From assembly GCF_009914755.1 (NCBI RefSeq), contig NC_060927.1: 64,000 nt of DNA. One strand, 5' to 3'. Shown piece after piece: positions 52,147 through 64,000 of the stretch; positions within the stretch are counted from its first letter, which is position 1, and every line of letters starts with the position of its first letter. The stretch comes from the human T2T-CHM13v2.0 reference genome, Homo sapiens. The position numbers and the translations under genes are program-made. The notes beneath the pieces were generated by a model that saw only the letters and a program-made list of their open reading frames with translations, was not told where the DNA came from and did no database searches.

Positions 52147-53559
52147 TAACATATTTGAGTGAATTGAGGTAGTTAAATTATTTCCACAAATTGAGTGAGT
52201 TTTTTTAGAGTAAATTAATTTGAATGAAGTGAAGTTTATATAGCATGACTCAAAGGTACAGTGCTGGTATTCTCCCCTACCCATAATCATCCCGAGTGTA
52301 CCACCTCTCAGAGGAAGTGAACAGGCTTCCCTGCAGACAACAAGGGGGAACAAGTGGACAAAAGTCGACTCTGCTCTACCCAGTGTTGCTCTAACTGCTG
52401 ATAGCTGTTCAGCTGGGACTGCTTGCAGCTTTTTAATATTTACAGCATTGAACGGGGTTGCCTTGTTCTTTATGTTAAAATGGAACCAAAATCACTTTCT
52501 GTGGAAAACCTTCACTCTGCCCACCGATGAGCACTGGGCATACATTGAGCAGGTCAACGGCGTTTGTTCAGGCACATATTCTGTGGCCTCAATAGTGTTG
52601 ACAGGTTTGTGCCAAGCCTGCCCAGCTTAGGGGACAGCTGAAATGCTCAGAGCCACCAACAGTAGAGGCACTCCAAAACTTTCCAAGAAGTCATCTCAGA
52701 TTCCCTGCTGCTTCATAGCTTTTAGGAGCTCCAGGGTTGAGGGAGGCCACAAAAGCAATCAAGGACTGCAGGAGGGGTGTGCTTTCCATCCACTTTCTAT
52801 ATTCTAAAAATTACCGCTGGATTAAGCCCAGTCAAGAGAGAACCAAGTATCTGTATGGTTCAAGTATCGCTGGCCACACACACAGTATCTTTTACAGAAT
52901 CGCATGTGCTGTGATGCCATCTCCCTGTGCAGGGTGGGTTGGTAGGTGGGGGAAAGGGGCTTCCTTGGGGATTTGATCTGTGGAACTCATCTCTGTGGTA
53001 ACTGAAAAGATGTAATTGGCAACTGGCTCATTACATTACACAGATTTCTCTCACTCAGGACCCATGCGAGAAATTTCCTTCCAGCCTCATTTAAGCTATT
53101 TCCAGACTTAGAAATAGCTGTCCCTTTGCCTGAGAATTTTGGCTTGTTTTTACCTTGTGACTGACTAGGCTTCATTCTCTTTATTGGCTGCTAGAAAGCT
53201 CAGAGCTGACCCCACTCTGTCAGTATATAGGACTTAGTCTTACTATTTTATAAACTCACTAGCCTCCTGTATCTTGCTTTGCTCCCCCTTTACCATGCTT
53301 TTCTTTTTAGCTTGGAGATTGCATAATATTCTACCATATGGATATACTGTGGATTTACCTTAAAAATTCCTCTTATTCTGTATTTAGGTTATTCCCAGTT
53401 TCTATATTAAGTAAAATTGTGAGAAATGTCTTTTATGGAGATTAGTACCAGTAAATGATCATATCCTTAGCTCTATAACTTTTCAGAGGGTGTGAAGTCA
53501 CATTTTTGACCACCTACTATACACCAGGGACTTTTTGCATCTCGTCCGCATCCCCTCTT

Positions 53560-53950
53560 CACTGCATGAGGCACAATGTGTGTGAATTATTGGAGGAGCA
53601 CTCTCAGGAGAAGAGGGGCGAGGGAGCAGGGAGGGGCAGGGGATGGGCTGGGAGGGATGTGCTGTCGGGTCAAAGCTAGCCTTGGTCTGATTTATGGGCT
53701 GGGAAGAGGTGGGGAAGCCCTGGAGCATAAATCACTCTGCAGAATTGTCCCCCCTTGAAGCTGCTGGGGACAGCATCATTTTCTACCCCTGTATCGTCAT
53801 TGGCCACTGGAGGGACGCAGGCGTGGTGAGTAGCCTCCCAAGCATGCTGGACAAGGAGGCTCTAGGAAGTCAAAGACAATGTGCCTGGGAAGGCCACAGG
53901 TACAAGCCATTGGCCACTGTAGCTGGCCATGGGAAAAATGGGAGCACATC
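53560..53950 (-). mobile_element. ERVL LTR33/LTR41-like remnant
   Basis: ccctggagcataaatcactctgcagaattgtcccc...gtcattggcc. Confidence 0.45.
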
Positions 53951-54399
53951 ATTTTGATCTCTTTGCCATTGAATTCCAGCAACCTTTGAAACCTTTGTCA
54001 CAAGGAACCCTAGGTTTCAGTTCGACAGAAACTTGACAAAGCATCAGGCTCTTCGGGACGTGGTGAGTGTTAGCTCCAGAGTGGTGATGGAGCAGGGAGG
54101 TATCTTGTAGCTGCTGTGGAGGCAGGGCCAGCCAGAAACGCAGATGGGCAAGACGACCCTCAGGGTGGCAGGAAAAGGAAGGGAAAAGAAACAGAAACTA
54201 CCCTTCCAGGACTCCAGCCACGCTGCAAGGTTGATAAACAGCGGATGTAAATGGCATCACCCAGCACCGGGTAGGATTCTGACAGGACCCAGTGGCTAGT
54301 GAGGGGCACCAGGAGAGCCCCCCCAACCTGCTTAACAACCCACAGGCCTAACAGGACCAACATGGGCCTGTGAAATATTCTAATGGGTAAACTAAGAAA

Positions 54400-55880
54400 A
54401 GCATGACTAAGATACAGAGGGAAAGCATAAGTTTTAAAAAGATTATTAATAGAAAACAAAAGTAAATTTTACAGAGCATCTACTTTTTGATGAAAGTCAA
54501 AAAAAATGAACAAAGTGGAAGATCAGACAGTAGAACAATAGACTGTATGAAAATGGAATGGACTGGGAGGCAAGCAAAAATAAATGTTATGGATGGGATA
54601 AAGAAATGTTACAATGAAACCAGGAAATCAGTGGCAGAATTAAAATATGTTATAGTCAGGAAAGAGCAGAATCAGCAGAACAGAAAATTGATTTAATGAT
54701 GCGGAGGTGTTTTTGAGAGGCTCTGAGAATTCAGAGAAAAAGAACAAAGCAATAAAAAAGGATGACATGAGGACTATATTGTGGAAGGTAGAAACTGGAA
54801 AACAGCAAAGAGAAAATGGTTCCAGAATAATTGGAACAGAAGCCATTCCTTAGACAGCAAAGGAGGATCTCCATTTCCTGAAATGGGTGCAGCAGACACC
54901 AGGCAAAAATATTTAAAACATTTTAATGTCTACAAATAGCTTCATGAAATTTTTAATTTTAAGGATATGAAAATGATACTATTAACACTTAGCAGAAAAC
55001 AAAGAAACCAGTTTCTACAGACTTTTCTGTAACATTAATGTCCAAAATTAGAACAGTATATTCCATTGTGAATTTTAAATTCAACACACAGCCAACTTGC
55101 CCTCCATTGTGACGTCAAAATAAAGATATACTCAGATATATGAGAATTCATAGGCTATTACCTCTTCCAGTTTGGATTTCCCCAAAAGCATACCCTGATA
55201 CAATGATACAGGTACAGGTAGTTTATTTGGGGGTGGGCGATCTCAGTGTTGAGTTTAGACAGGAAAGAGAGGAAAGACAGGAAGGCGTGCATTTATAAGC
55301 AGGTTACTGCCGTAGGCACCTTGGGCTTGTCTTCCTCAGACCCTCCAAGAGACTGTGTGTAACAAACCTCACATCCACTTCACTCCAGGATGAGGAAGCT
55401 GCTGGAGGACCGATCCCCCAGCTCCTGTCATTCATCATGGAGAACCATTCCCTGGGCATGAACTCTCTGGCACTTCCAGCCTTCTCTAAGTAGGTCCACA
55501 CTGCCTGGGGCCAGGAAGCAACTCAGGCAGAAAGATGTGGGAAGCCTTTGACCTGGAGGGGCATGGCTTCAGGTGACCAGAACTGTGGCTGGTTCTGGGG
55601 AATGTGAGCGAGGTGCTAGCCACATCTGCTATAGTAACCATGAGAGCTTCCTGAAAAGTAGTTATTTACTGATAAACTACTCAAGAATACAAAAGTAGTT
55701 GAATAAAAAGTGTGCCACAGCCAAATAAGCATAGAATGAAGCAAAACAATTTTTATAAATATTTACAATAGTAAGCAAATGTAAAAAAAAGTATTGCCAT
55801 GGTAAATGCATAATTTAAAAGATTAATAAAAATAATCCCATAATCTCAGTTATACCAATAACAATTTGAGAAGAAAGTTG
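54400..55880 (+). mobile_element. Ancient L1ME/HAL1-like remnant with a nested LTR33-like LTR (~55160-55635, minus)
   Basis: A-rich ORF1-like sequence; nested gtttggatttccccaaaagcataccctga...tagtttatttgggg. Confidence 0.55.
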
Positions 55881-56176
55881 ACATTGTGACTCCTCTGCTT
55901 CACTTTCTTCAGGAAGGAGTTCAGACTCCTCAGCTCCTCATGAGAGGCCGTCCTGAGCCTGGTCCTGCCTGCCTGCCTTTCTCCCCAGACCCCTGGCTCA
56001 CCATGCCCCCACATACTCACTTGAATCAGTCGCCACTTAATACCAAAGCTGCCTTTACCCAGGAATCACCCCCACCCCCCATTTTTGTTTAATGAACTAC
56101 TATGTCCTTAAATCTCAGCTTAGGGAGCCCGTGTGCAGGCTCCTCACCTGGCTGCACAGGATCTGTCCACAGAATA

Positions 56177-56463
56177 GATGGATGGATGGATGGATGGGTG
56201 GGTGGGTGGCTGAATGGTTAGATAGGTAGGTAGGTAGATGACTGGCTGGGTGACTGGGTGGATGAGTGGGTGGATAGTTATGTGGATAGGTGAGTGGGGA
56301 TGGCTGGCTGGGTGGATGAGTGGGTATGTGGGTGGATGGGCAGGTGAGTGGATGACTGGCTGGGTGGATGGGTGTGTGAGTGGATGGCTGGCTGGGTGGA
56401 TGAGTGGATGGGTGAGTGGATGGCTGGCTGGGTGGATGGGTGGGCGGGTAGGTGGATGGATGA
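56177..56463. repeat. (TGGA/TGGG/TGGC)n tetranucleotide low-complexity array
   Basis: Seen directly; explains the PSTHP and GWM repeat ORFs. Confidence 0.95.
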
Positions 56464-58119
56464 TTATTCATTTTGTGCAAAGTTACAGAGACTCAAGGCC
56501 CAGGCCTCCAAGGTTACCTATCTTCTCTGTCATCACACAGTCCATTAGTTATGTATTAGCTTCTAAGACTGAATACAAAATATCCCCTGCAATGGATTTT
56601 TCTGTCTTCTAATGCAAAACTACTTTCATAGATTTATTCTGGATTATTTTTTCCTTTGAGGGAAGGCTGCTTATAAAAACATGGGGTACACATGGATGAC
56701 CATCTGCTGGCTTTTTTCTCTCCTAAATAAAGCTAACTTGAAAACACATTATAAAAGAGGGCTTAATTTGTTGGTGGCTACTCTGCTGGCTGGCGTGTGC
56801 TGTCCAGCCAGAGCACAGGGTATTATGGCCAGCAACTGGGTTTCCTCAGGGGCAGGCCCAGTGCACCGTGTTGCCTGCCGGGCAAGGAACCAGCAAAGCC
56901 TCACTACAGAGTGACAATTCCTGGGGTGCCCTGTGGGAGCAGTGAGAGGGAGCTCCTGGGGCCGGGGGGTGCTGCATGGTTAAAAAGGAGCATAAGGAAG
57001 AATAGATAACCACTGCATCACACCAGGGTCACCATTCACACTGGGTTCCATGTAAACGACACCTCCACAGAATATAATGTGAGTGGTGTCCCTGGAGATG
57101 TACAGCTCTATGGCCCTGGAGTCAAGGTAAAGCCTCATTTTAATTTTTTGCCCTGGAGCCGTTTGGCACAAAGGACTTTGGCTCTTCTTGCCTTTGTCAA
57201 ACAGCCATGAATTTGTTTGGACAGCAGTTGTTGAATGCCTGCTAAATGCTAGGGACTGTTCCAGCCACAAGGAGACACAAAGATCTAGTCCCTGCTCCCA
57301 GGGAGCTCATGGCCTATTGGGGCCAAAGGCATGTCAGTAAGCAATTAAAGCACAAGGTGCCAGCTGCTCTACAGAGGTGCTGAAACGTTGTTTGAAGCAC
57401 AGATATGACAAGGTGAAGCAAGTCATTACCACAGTGGCTAGTGCCATGTTGGACAGAATCCTTGGATAAGTGCTTAAGGTACATGGATGAGCCTCCAAAG
57501 GATCTGATGTCAGCTGATTCCTACATTGCAGAGCTAGGGTGGGTGGAATGAGTCAGTTTATTTGGCTGGTGAAGGAGGAACCTAGGTTGGAGCAGGGATG
57601 AGAGGGTAGAAGAGAGCAAAGGAGGAGGGGCAGGAGAGAACCCGGTAGGATGGAAAGAGGCTGCCCATGTTGAACAAAGGGCCAGTAACATTTCTGGTGG
57701 CAGGGAGATGTCAGGACATTTTAGAAATCTGATGCCTGCTGTTACAGGCCTGTCAGGACTTTACCACTCATAGGTTCTAAGAAATCTCCCCTCCCCACCT
57801 CATTCTGTTTTGTTTTTAGCCCATTCTGGATTTCTGCACTCATGCATGCCTCATGTGACCAGGGATAGGCAGGGAGAAAAACTCAAGGGGCTGGGGTTAT
57901 GTGTACATCTTCATGGTATTGACTGTTATGGCATGCATGGAAACAGACCTGGACATGAAAGGATAAGCTTCAAGCCAGGTGCATGAGGGCTCCCAGCTGA
58001 CTTTTGGGTGCAAACAGGATGCAACAGCTTGCCACAGAGTGATAGAGGAGGCCATGCTAGGAGAGAAGGGAGAACAAGCAGGGCAGGCACCCTGGCCCGA
58101 CTCTTACACACAGTGTGAG

Positions 58120-58590
58120 ATGCTCTCTTGGTTTGGGTCTCCCAGATGGCGAGGAATTCAGGGAAATTTCTTTATTTGGGAGATGCAAGAAATAATGGTA
58201 GGGGGTTGAAGTGATATAGTAGGGAGGTGAAACAATGGTAGGGAGGTGAAGTTATATAGGCAGGAGGCAGTGAATGAAAAGTGAGCTGTTAAACCAACTA
58301 CTACAGTGGGCAATGGGGCTTATTCCTGCAGGGCAACACTAGGAAGAGTAAGGGAGCTGGGGGTTTTATACTCCTTTCCCCAAGTGTCAAGAATTGAGGT
58401 CTCCTGGGGCTATTTATATTCTCCAGTACTCCTGCCCTCCCATATGCATGGCAGGAGAGACCTACATGGTTTTGGAAAAATGCTCTTGGGTGCAGAGATG
58501 CCGTAATATAGCCCCTGGCAGCTGGAAGTGGGCTGGAGCACCCTGAGAGTGCAAGTAATGTGGTCAGGGCTCACCAGCCTCTGCCAGAGA
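58120..58590 (-). mobile_element. LTR33-like LTR
   Basis: ggtttgggtctcccaga...tttatttgggagatg...gtgggcaatggggct...gggagctgggg. Confidence 0.65.
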
Positions 58591-59772
58591 GGCCCACAGG
58601 ATTAGAAGTATCTCTAACCTGAGCACCTCACTTTCTAGACTCCTAGAAGTTGTGGGTTGGTCTGATAGAGCCTCGCTGAGGTTCTTATACAAGATCTAGT
58701 AGCATACACCTCACAGTGTGCAGGAGTTGGGTGAGGCAGGTGTGGTATGTGGGTGAAGAGGACCAGGGTGGGGCAGGAGGAAGCAGTGAAGACAGTGGGA
58801 AGATGGAGGGTTCCAGCTTCACCCACAGGGCAGCAGGCTCACAGCAGCATTCAGTGGTTGCCAGGTGGGAGTGAGGCCCAGCACACTCTATTTTCTAATA
58901 AAACCGAGAGATCTTATGACTTTGGCAGCTAATTAAAATGTTTTCTGAACATCGTATGAGCCAAACAAAACATGTCCAGTGACCACCTCCAGCCTGCAGG
59001 CCACCAGCCTGTGACCTCCAGCCTGGCTGTTTTCCGTATGTTCTAGTCCGGATCTGCATTTCTGGTAGAACTAGTCTGTCTGCAGCCTTACTGTGTTTCA
59101 TGTTCTCCCCTTGGCAACAGATAAATTAGTCAAAGAGATGAGAGTTTGGGGCTTCAAGTGTCCGAGTGTCTGGGGAAGGAGAGGAGTGGAGAGGGTCAAC
59201 CGGAATGTAGTGTCCATGGAATTTTTAGAACTCATGATGTTTTGAAAACTATTTGCTGGCTGGAATATTTGTACTTCACAGTGATTGCAAGAAGCAGCTA
59301 AACTGGAGTTTGAATTTTAGAAGCTGCTAGAAGTAAAATAACAGGCAACCAGTGTGAAATAGAGGGAAAGTGTAGCTTTGGTGACCAGCAGATGCAGAGT
59401 TGAGATTCCAACTCTGTTTCTTGTGGCCAGTGTGGCCTTGGCTCAAGGGTCTTCTCTCTGTGCCTCAGTTTCTTTCTCTATAAAGTGGGATTGTGCCAAG
59501 GATTAAATGAGTCCTACACCATCATGTACAGTCCCACTTGTATATGATGGGTACTACCATGGTAGTCCCGACTCTGCCACACATGAGCTTATACTTTATA
59601 GCTCATTCATTTACTCAGAAGAGATATACTGATCACCTACTTCAGACCAAGATTAAATGCTGAGGGGGAAGAGGAAAATAAGGCAAGAATATAAAACATA
59701 GAATGTATGTCAGGGGGTGATAACTCTTCCTTTTAAGCCAAAAATTATCAGTCATTGTCTTAATGAAGGATT

Positions 59773-59783
59773 GAGAGAGAGAG

Positions 59784-59818
<35 letters not shown>
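59773..59818. repeat. Compound (GA)7(GT)16 microsatellite
   Basis: Seen directly. Confidence 0.95.
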
Positions 59819-59819
<1 letters not shown>

Positions 59820-61229
59820 TACATACTGTAAAAAAAAATAGAGACAGTGTTAAACTGAACATTTTTTAATTTAATGAGTTGCTTGTACTTAAGAAAATAA
59901 AATTATATGAAAATTAATGTGAAGCAGTAAATATAGGTCAGTTCAATAAATGTCTGTGTTGGCTTTTGTGACTCCTGATTTTTTTAAAATAATGCTTGTT
60001 GATTTTTTTTTTCCATTTACTTACCATTTGCTTAAGTATTGGAGTTTTTGGTTTAGGGATATTGACTTTTTAAAACCAAGATATATAATTGTTCAAATAT
60101 GTGATGCACGTAATACATAATAGCGAAGTTTAGATAATGAGGAGAATAATGCCCTCCAAAAACAATGGCAGGGGGCTAGGTCCTGACTCTTTCAGACTGG
60201 GCAGGGAGGCATCTGGCCCAAAGGGCTGGAGGAGTGCGGTATGGGATTCAGACTTTTTATCAGGTAGGCAGTAAGTGAGGTCTTGACTGAGAGAACAGAG
60301 AACGAAGAACAGAGGCTAGAGACATCTTAGAGGAAGAACAAAGAAACAGTGCTGACAGGCCAGGAAGGTCAGAGACTCAGTGTTGGGACTGCTGGAAGAA
60401 AGACAAGTGAGGAAGAGGGGTGATTGTGAACTCAGCAGGGAGAACCCAGATCCTCTACTCCTGATCATGCTCTAGCGCACAGAGCACTGTAAGCTCGTGA
60501 GGAATGTGCTTCGTACCTGGCATCGGTTGGCCATAAGTCACTGAATTTGGCTAATAAGATGTTGCATTGTCTCTGATCTCCTTGAGAGACTGAGATAGAT
60601 GGATAGGCCCTAGGTCCTTATTTCCTCCATGGGAGGGTATTGTGGGAGGGGTGATGATGTTCGAAGGGAAGCTCATTTTTGCTGTTTCTAAGGAGTATAA
60701 TTTGAGTTCCAAATTAAACTGGTCTTCCAAGTTGGGGTTTGGAGGCAGTAAAGCACCAGGTCAACTTTCAAGGCTTTCAGTGGCTAATTTTTTATGACAG
60801 AAGGCATCGAGGGCTTGTAAGTTTGTTTTTCTTATCAAGTGATTCTTCAGATTATATCTACCTTTACCACAGAAAGGGTGGTCCCTTTCTTTCAGGAGTG
60901 GTTCTCTCTTCACTTTCAAGGCAAACCGCTCAAGATGGCACCAGGTGATAAAACAGATCCACTTGCTAATCTGGATAGAGCAGGAAGGACTTAAACATTT
61001 ATGTGTTTGTATACCTTTATTTGAGGGAGTGCTTTGGCCTGTTTTTAGACAGAAGGTTCCATACAGAAACTGCATCTGGGCAGGAGAACAAAGCAAATTG
61101 TGTTACAGCCGGGAAACCAAGCATTGAGCAACAGAATGGTTCTTAGGCAGAAGTGAGCCTCATCCCTCAGTGCTGGGACAGATTACAGCCTTCCTTCACT
61201 GCCGCTTTCATTCAGCGCAGGGACTGATT

Positions 61230-61990
61230 TTCATTGTGTTCTGCTTTCTCTGGTGTCTCTTGTCAAGTTAATAGTAGCCTCAAGTAAAATTCAACCCTTA
61301 GATGTTTATAGTCATCTTGGCCTGGCCATTAAGATGATGAATGAACTTGCTGCTTGCCCTGGTAAGAGAGCCCTGAGGGTGGATGCCGATACTTAGAAAA
61401 TAATAAGTCTTTTCCGCCCCCTTCCTGTCTTTAATCCAGTGCCCCAAGCCCCCTGGTGACTTTACCTTGAACTTCCTGTATAACGCCAGGTAGAAAAGCC
61501 TCACCTGGCTGGAAGCCCACTCGAGGCTCTAACACAACAGCAAGCTCTTTATCTTGCTTTGTTGGTCTTCCCCATCCGCTTATCAGATGGAAACTCGGCA
61601 TTCCTCAGAGACCCTTCAGTGTTTCTCAGTTGCTTCTGCAGGCCCTTCCCTTCCTCCTTGAGAGGACAAGAGAAGGTGGCGGGGAGCAGGCACCCCCAGC
61701 CTGTGTTTGTATTTCCTCACCTGGATTACCTGTGGCCCTTGCATCAGGGAGAGCCCAGCCTTGAGTGAAACTGCCTGGGAGACAGGCTGGGCGCTTCCTG
61801 CGGCAGTCGGCAGTGAGGAAGTGGTGGAGAAACGCAGATGTCCATTTCAAATCACAAGGCGGCTTCAGTATTCCGCCGCGGGGCTCAGCTTTCACGTATA
61901 TGAAAAGCTTCATTTGTGTATTCACTGCGTTTGGAAGGAAGGCTATGTTTTGCTTTAGAAATGTCAACAGAGCTGTAGTTACGACAAGGA
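61230..61990. promoter_or_regulatory. Candidate intronic enhancer (ETS/GATA/SOX/FOX/E-box cluster with local CpG retention)
   Basis: ACTTCCTGT 61471, CTTCCTG 61421 and 61794, GAGGAAGT 61815, TTATCT 61549, CTTATCA 61579, CAGATG x2; 10 CpGs in 61792-61930. Motif inference only. Confidence 0.4.
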
Positions 61991-62256
61991 TCAATTAAGA
62001 AGGACGTTTCCCAGAGCCGCAAGACTTGAGTGAATCTGTGGGGGGAATTTAGAAAACATGTGTTAAACCTCTAGATTTCTTTTTTTCTAACTAACTGCAA
62101 AACAGCAATTTAATAATTTCCTCTTTTAAGGGGAAAGGGGGGAGTCTTGGATTTTAAATCTTCCTAAAGCAGCACAGCATCTCTTGAAAAGAAAGCCATG
62201 AAAGACTACTAAGCTAAGGCGAATAAAATAAAATTTTCAAAAATCGAGAACTTCAG

Positions 62257-62732
62257 TGTCCTAGTCTGGGTTTCCCTGAGCAGATCCTGAGATGAGGGCT
62301 CACATGCAAGTGGTTCATAAAGGATGTGTTTCCGGGGGAAGACAGGTAGGGAGTGGAGAGACGCAGGACAGGGCAGGACTGAAACTCAGGCAGGGTCCCT
62401 CAGAGCGTGGCCTCAGCCTGATGCTGCAAGGGGGATCAGAGGTGTGAGTTACGCCAAGGTACTGTTCCATCTCCAGCTTAGGAAGCTGAGTTTTGTTCTC
62501 CCGTAAACACCAGTCATTGGTTAAGGGCCACTTAGGGAGGAATAAGTGGTAGAAAGTGGTCCTAGGCACTTTCCACCCAGGGGTGAAGTGTAGACAGTGG
62601 GGCTTCAATAGCTTAAGGGCAGAAGAAGACCCACGGTTCTGGCTCTTGGAGCCAAACGAAGACTGAAGCCACAGTGTGCATGTAAAGGGAGTCCAAGGAG
62701 CATTGGGTGGGGCATTGAAATTGTTTGCTACA
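62257..62732 (-). mobile_element. ERVL LTR33-family LTR
   Basis: tgtcctagtctgggtttccctgagcagatcctgagatgaggg...ccagtcattggttaagggc. Confidence 0.7.
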
Positions 62733-63121
62733 GTCGGTTTACCTTCAACTGGTTTCCTTCTTGTTCTGAAGGATATATTACAAGCATATTGACAAAAGTC
62801 TTTGAACTCTTGAGGTGTTTGTATGATATTCTGTGTCAGTTGCACATGGGATGTTTCTACCAGCATCTGAATTGGGGAATTGACATATACAGATGCCCGT
62901 GGAATTTAACAGAGAATGTGAATGTACGGCTACAGTCCGTCACCATCCAGCTTGCCAGGGCTGTCATTTCATCCTTTTGAGGCCAGGCTTACAGACAGTC
63001 TGGGCTTCCACTGCCCCCATGCTCTGCCTGTGATGTGTGGTGGCCTCTGGCATTGTTGTAACTCAGGCACCTGAGCATAACTAGTGAGCCTGTCCTGCTC
63101 TCCCAAGCAAGTCTGTGTTTA

Positions 63122-63625
63122 AAATCAGTTAGGAATATGTTGGGCTGCATGTAACAGAAAAGCCACCTTTTTTAGCAGCTGATCCTTGTGAGACTTTTAT
63201 TTTTCTTTGGTAATAATAAAATAAGAAATGGGCATTTCAGGGCTAGTATGCACCTGTGTGGTACCCACAGGAACCCCATTCCTTCTGTCTTTCCTCTCAG
63301 CCTGTCTTCATAGGGGTTTTCATCTCCATACTCCAAGGCTGGGCTTTCCCTGATGGTGCTTTTTGGTTTCCGCTTCCAACACTACAGCTGCATTCCAAGC
63401 AAGAAGGAGAAGGACAAAGGGCAAAAGGTCTGCCTCCTTTTAAAGAGCTTTCCTAAAGCTCCACTTGACATTTTCCACATATATCTCATTGGCCAGCACC
63501 ATGCCACAAGGTGGGGTGGCAAATGAATTTTCTCAGCTGGGCACATTGCTACTCTAGACAGAGTCAGAGTTGTGTTTATTGGGAGGAAGGGAAGAGTGGC
63601 CATTGGGAAGCACCAGCAGAGTCAG
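63122..63625 (-). mobile_element. MaLR LTR (MLT1J-like)
   Basis: tcagttaggaatatgttgggctgcatgtaacagaaa...atctcattggccag...agctgggcacattgct. Confidence 0.7.
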
Positions 63626-64000
63626 CAGGGCAGAGACCTGAGAGAGGTAGTTTGTGAGTGTGTATCCCTGAGATACGTAGCAGAACTGGGGAAGGACTGC
63701 CCAGTGAGTCTACTCCCTTCAGTATTTGTCAGATCCTGCTCAATTATAAGATGATCTTTATCTGTCCGCCTTATCTATCTTCACTGACGTGTATTTCTTA
63801 TTTTCACAAAATGAAGCCATTTCAACGATGTTGTCAATGTGTTTGGATTTCTGTCCTTCAACAGAGGTGCCACAGCTCCATACTAGGTCAATCCATGCAA
63901 TAAAGACCAAGTTCCAGAACCCCTGTCCTTCAGACCATTTGGTATATATAATTTCCAGGCCCTTCTTCACTGTTCTGTTTATCACTCCCTGTGCTGTCTC

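Noticed and set aside
53613-53660. G-run cluster (G-quadruplex-like; also ~34443-34480 and ~47341-47365)
   Set aside because: Within old LTR or L2 remnants, a common motif, with no functional evidence.
56115-56612. Pro/His/Thr-rich and Gly/Trp-rich repeat ORFs
   Set aside because: Artefacts of translating the (TGGA)n-type microsatellite.
62315-62866. 183-aa minus ORF
   Set aside because: Mostly overlaps an LTR33-family element; no protein-family signature.

Overview
Human/primate genomic DNA. It is almost entirely intronic sequence of the integrin alpha-9 gene (ITGA9, + strand). Two coding exons are visible: 21087-21163 (77 nt, TVFERNCRSEDCAADLQLQGKLLLS, genu region) and 51239-51389 (151 nt, MDEKTLYLALGAVKNIS...FINMWQK, calf-1). 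They have canonical splice sites, join in frame and lie 30,075 nt apart. The rest is interspersed repeats (L1PA, L1M, HAL1-like, L2, Alu, MIR, MaLR/ERVL LTRs, hAT and Tigger DNA transposons) and microsatellites. Nearly all ORFs in the supplied track are decayed L1/Alu fragments or chance ORFs. I found no convincing novel gene system. The observations most worth checking are: (i) the two exons would form a 228-nt stop-free circle with a strong-Kozak AUG; (ii) a ~128-bp tandem duplication keeps a PBX-HOX site in both copies; (iii) an ETS/GATA/SOX/FOX, CpG-retaining candidate endothelial enhancer; and (iv) several atypical insertion or repair scars (candidate L1 3' transduction, a tail-less L1 with TSD, twin-priming inversion with a large deletion, a 29-bp templated insertion). 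Repeat subfamily names come from recalled consensus sequences, not from a RepeatMasker run.
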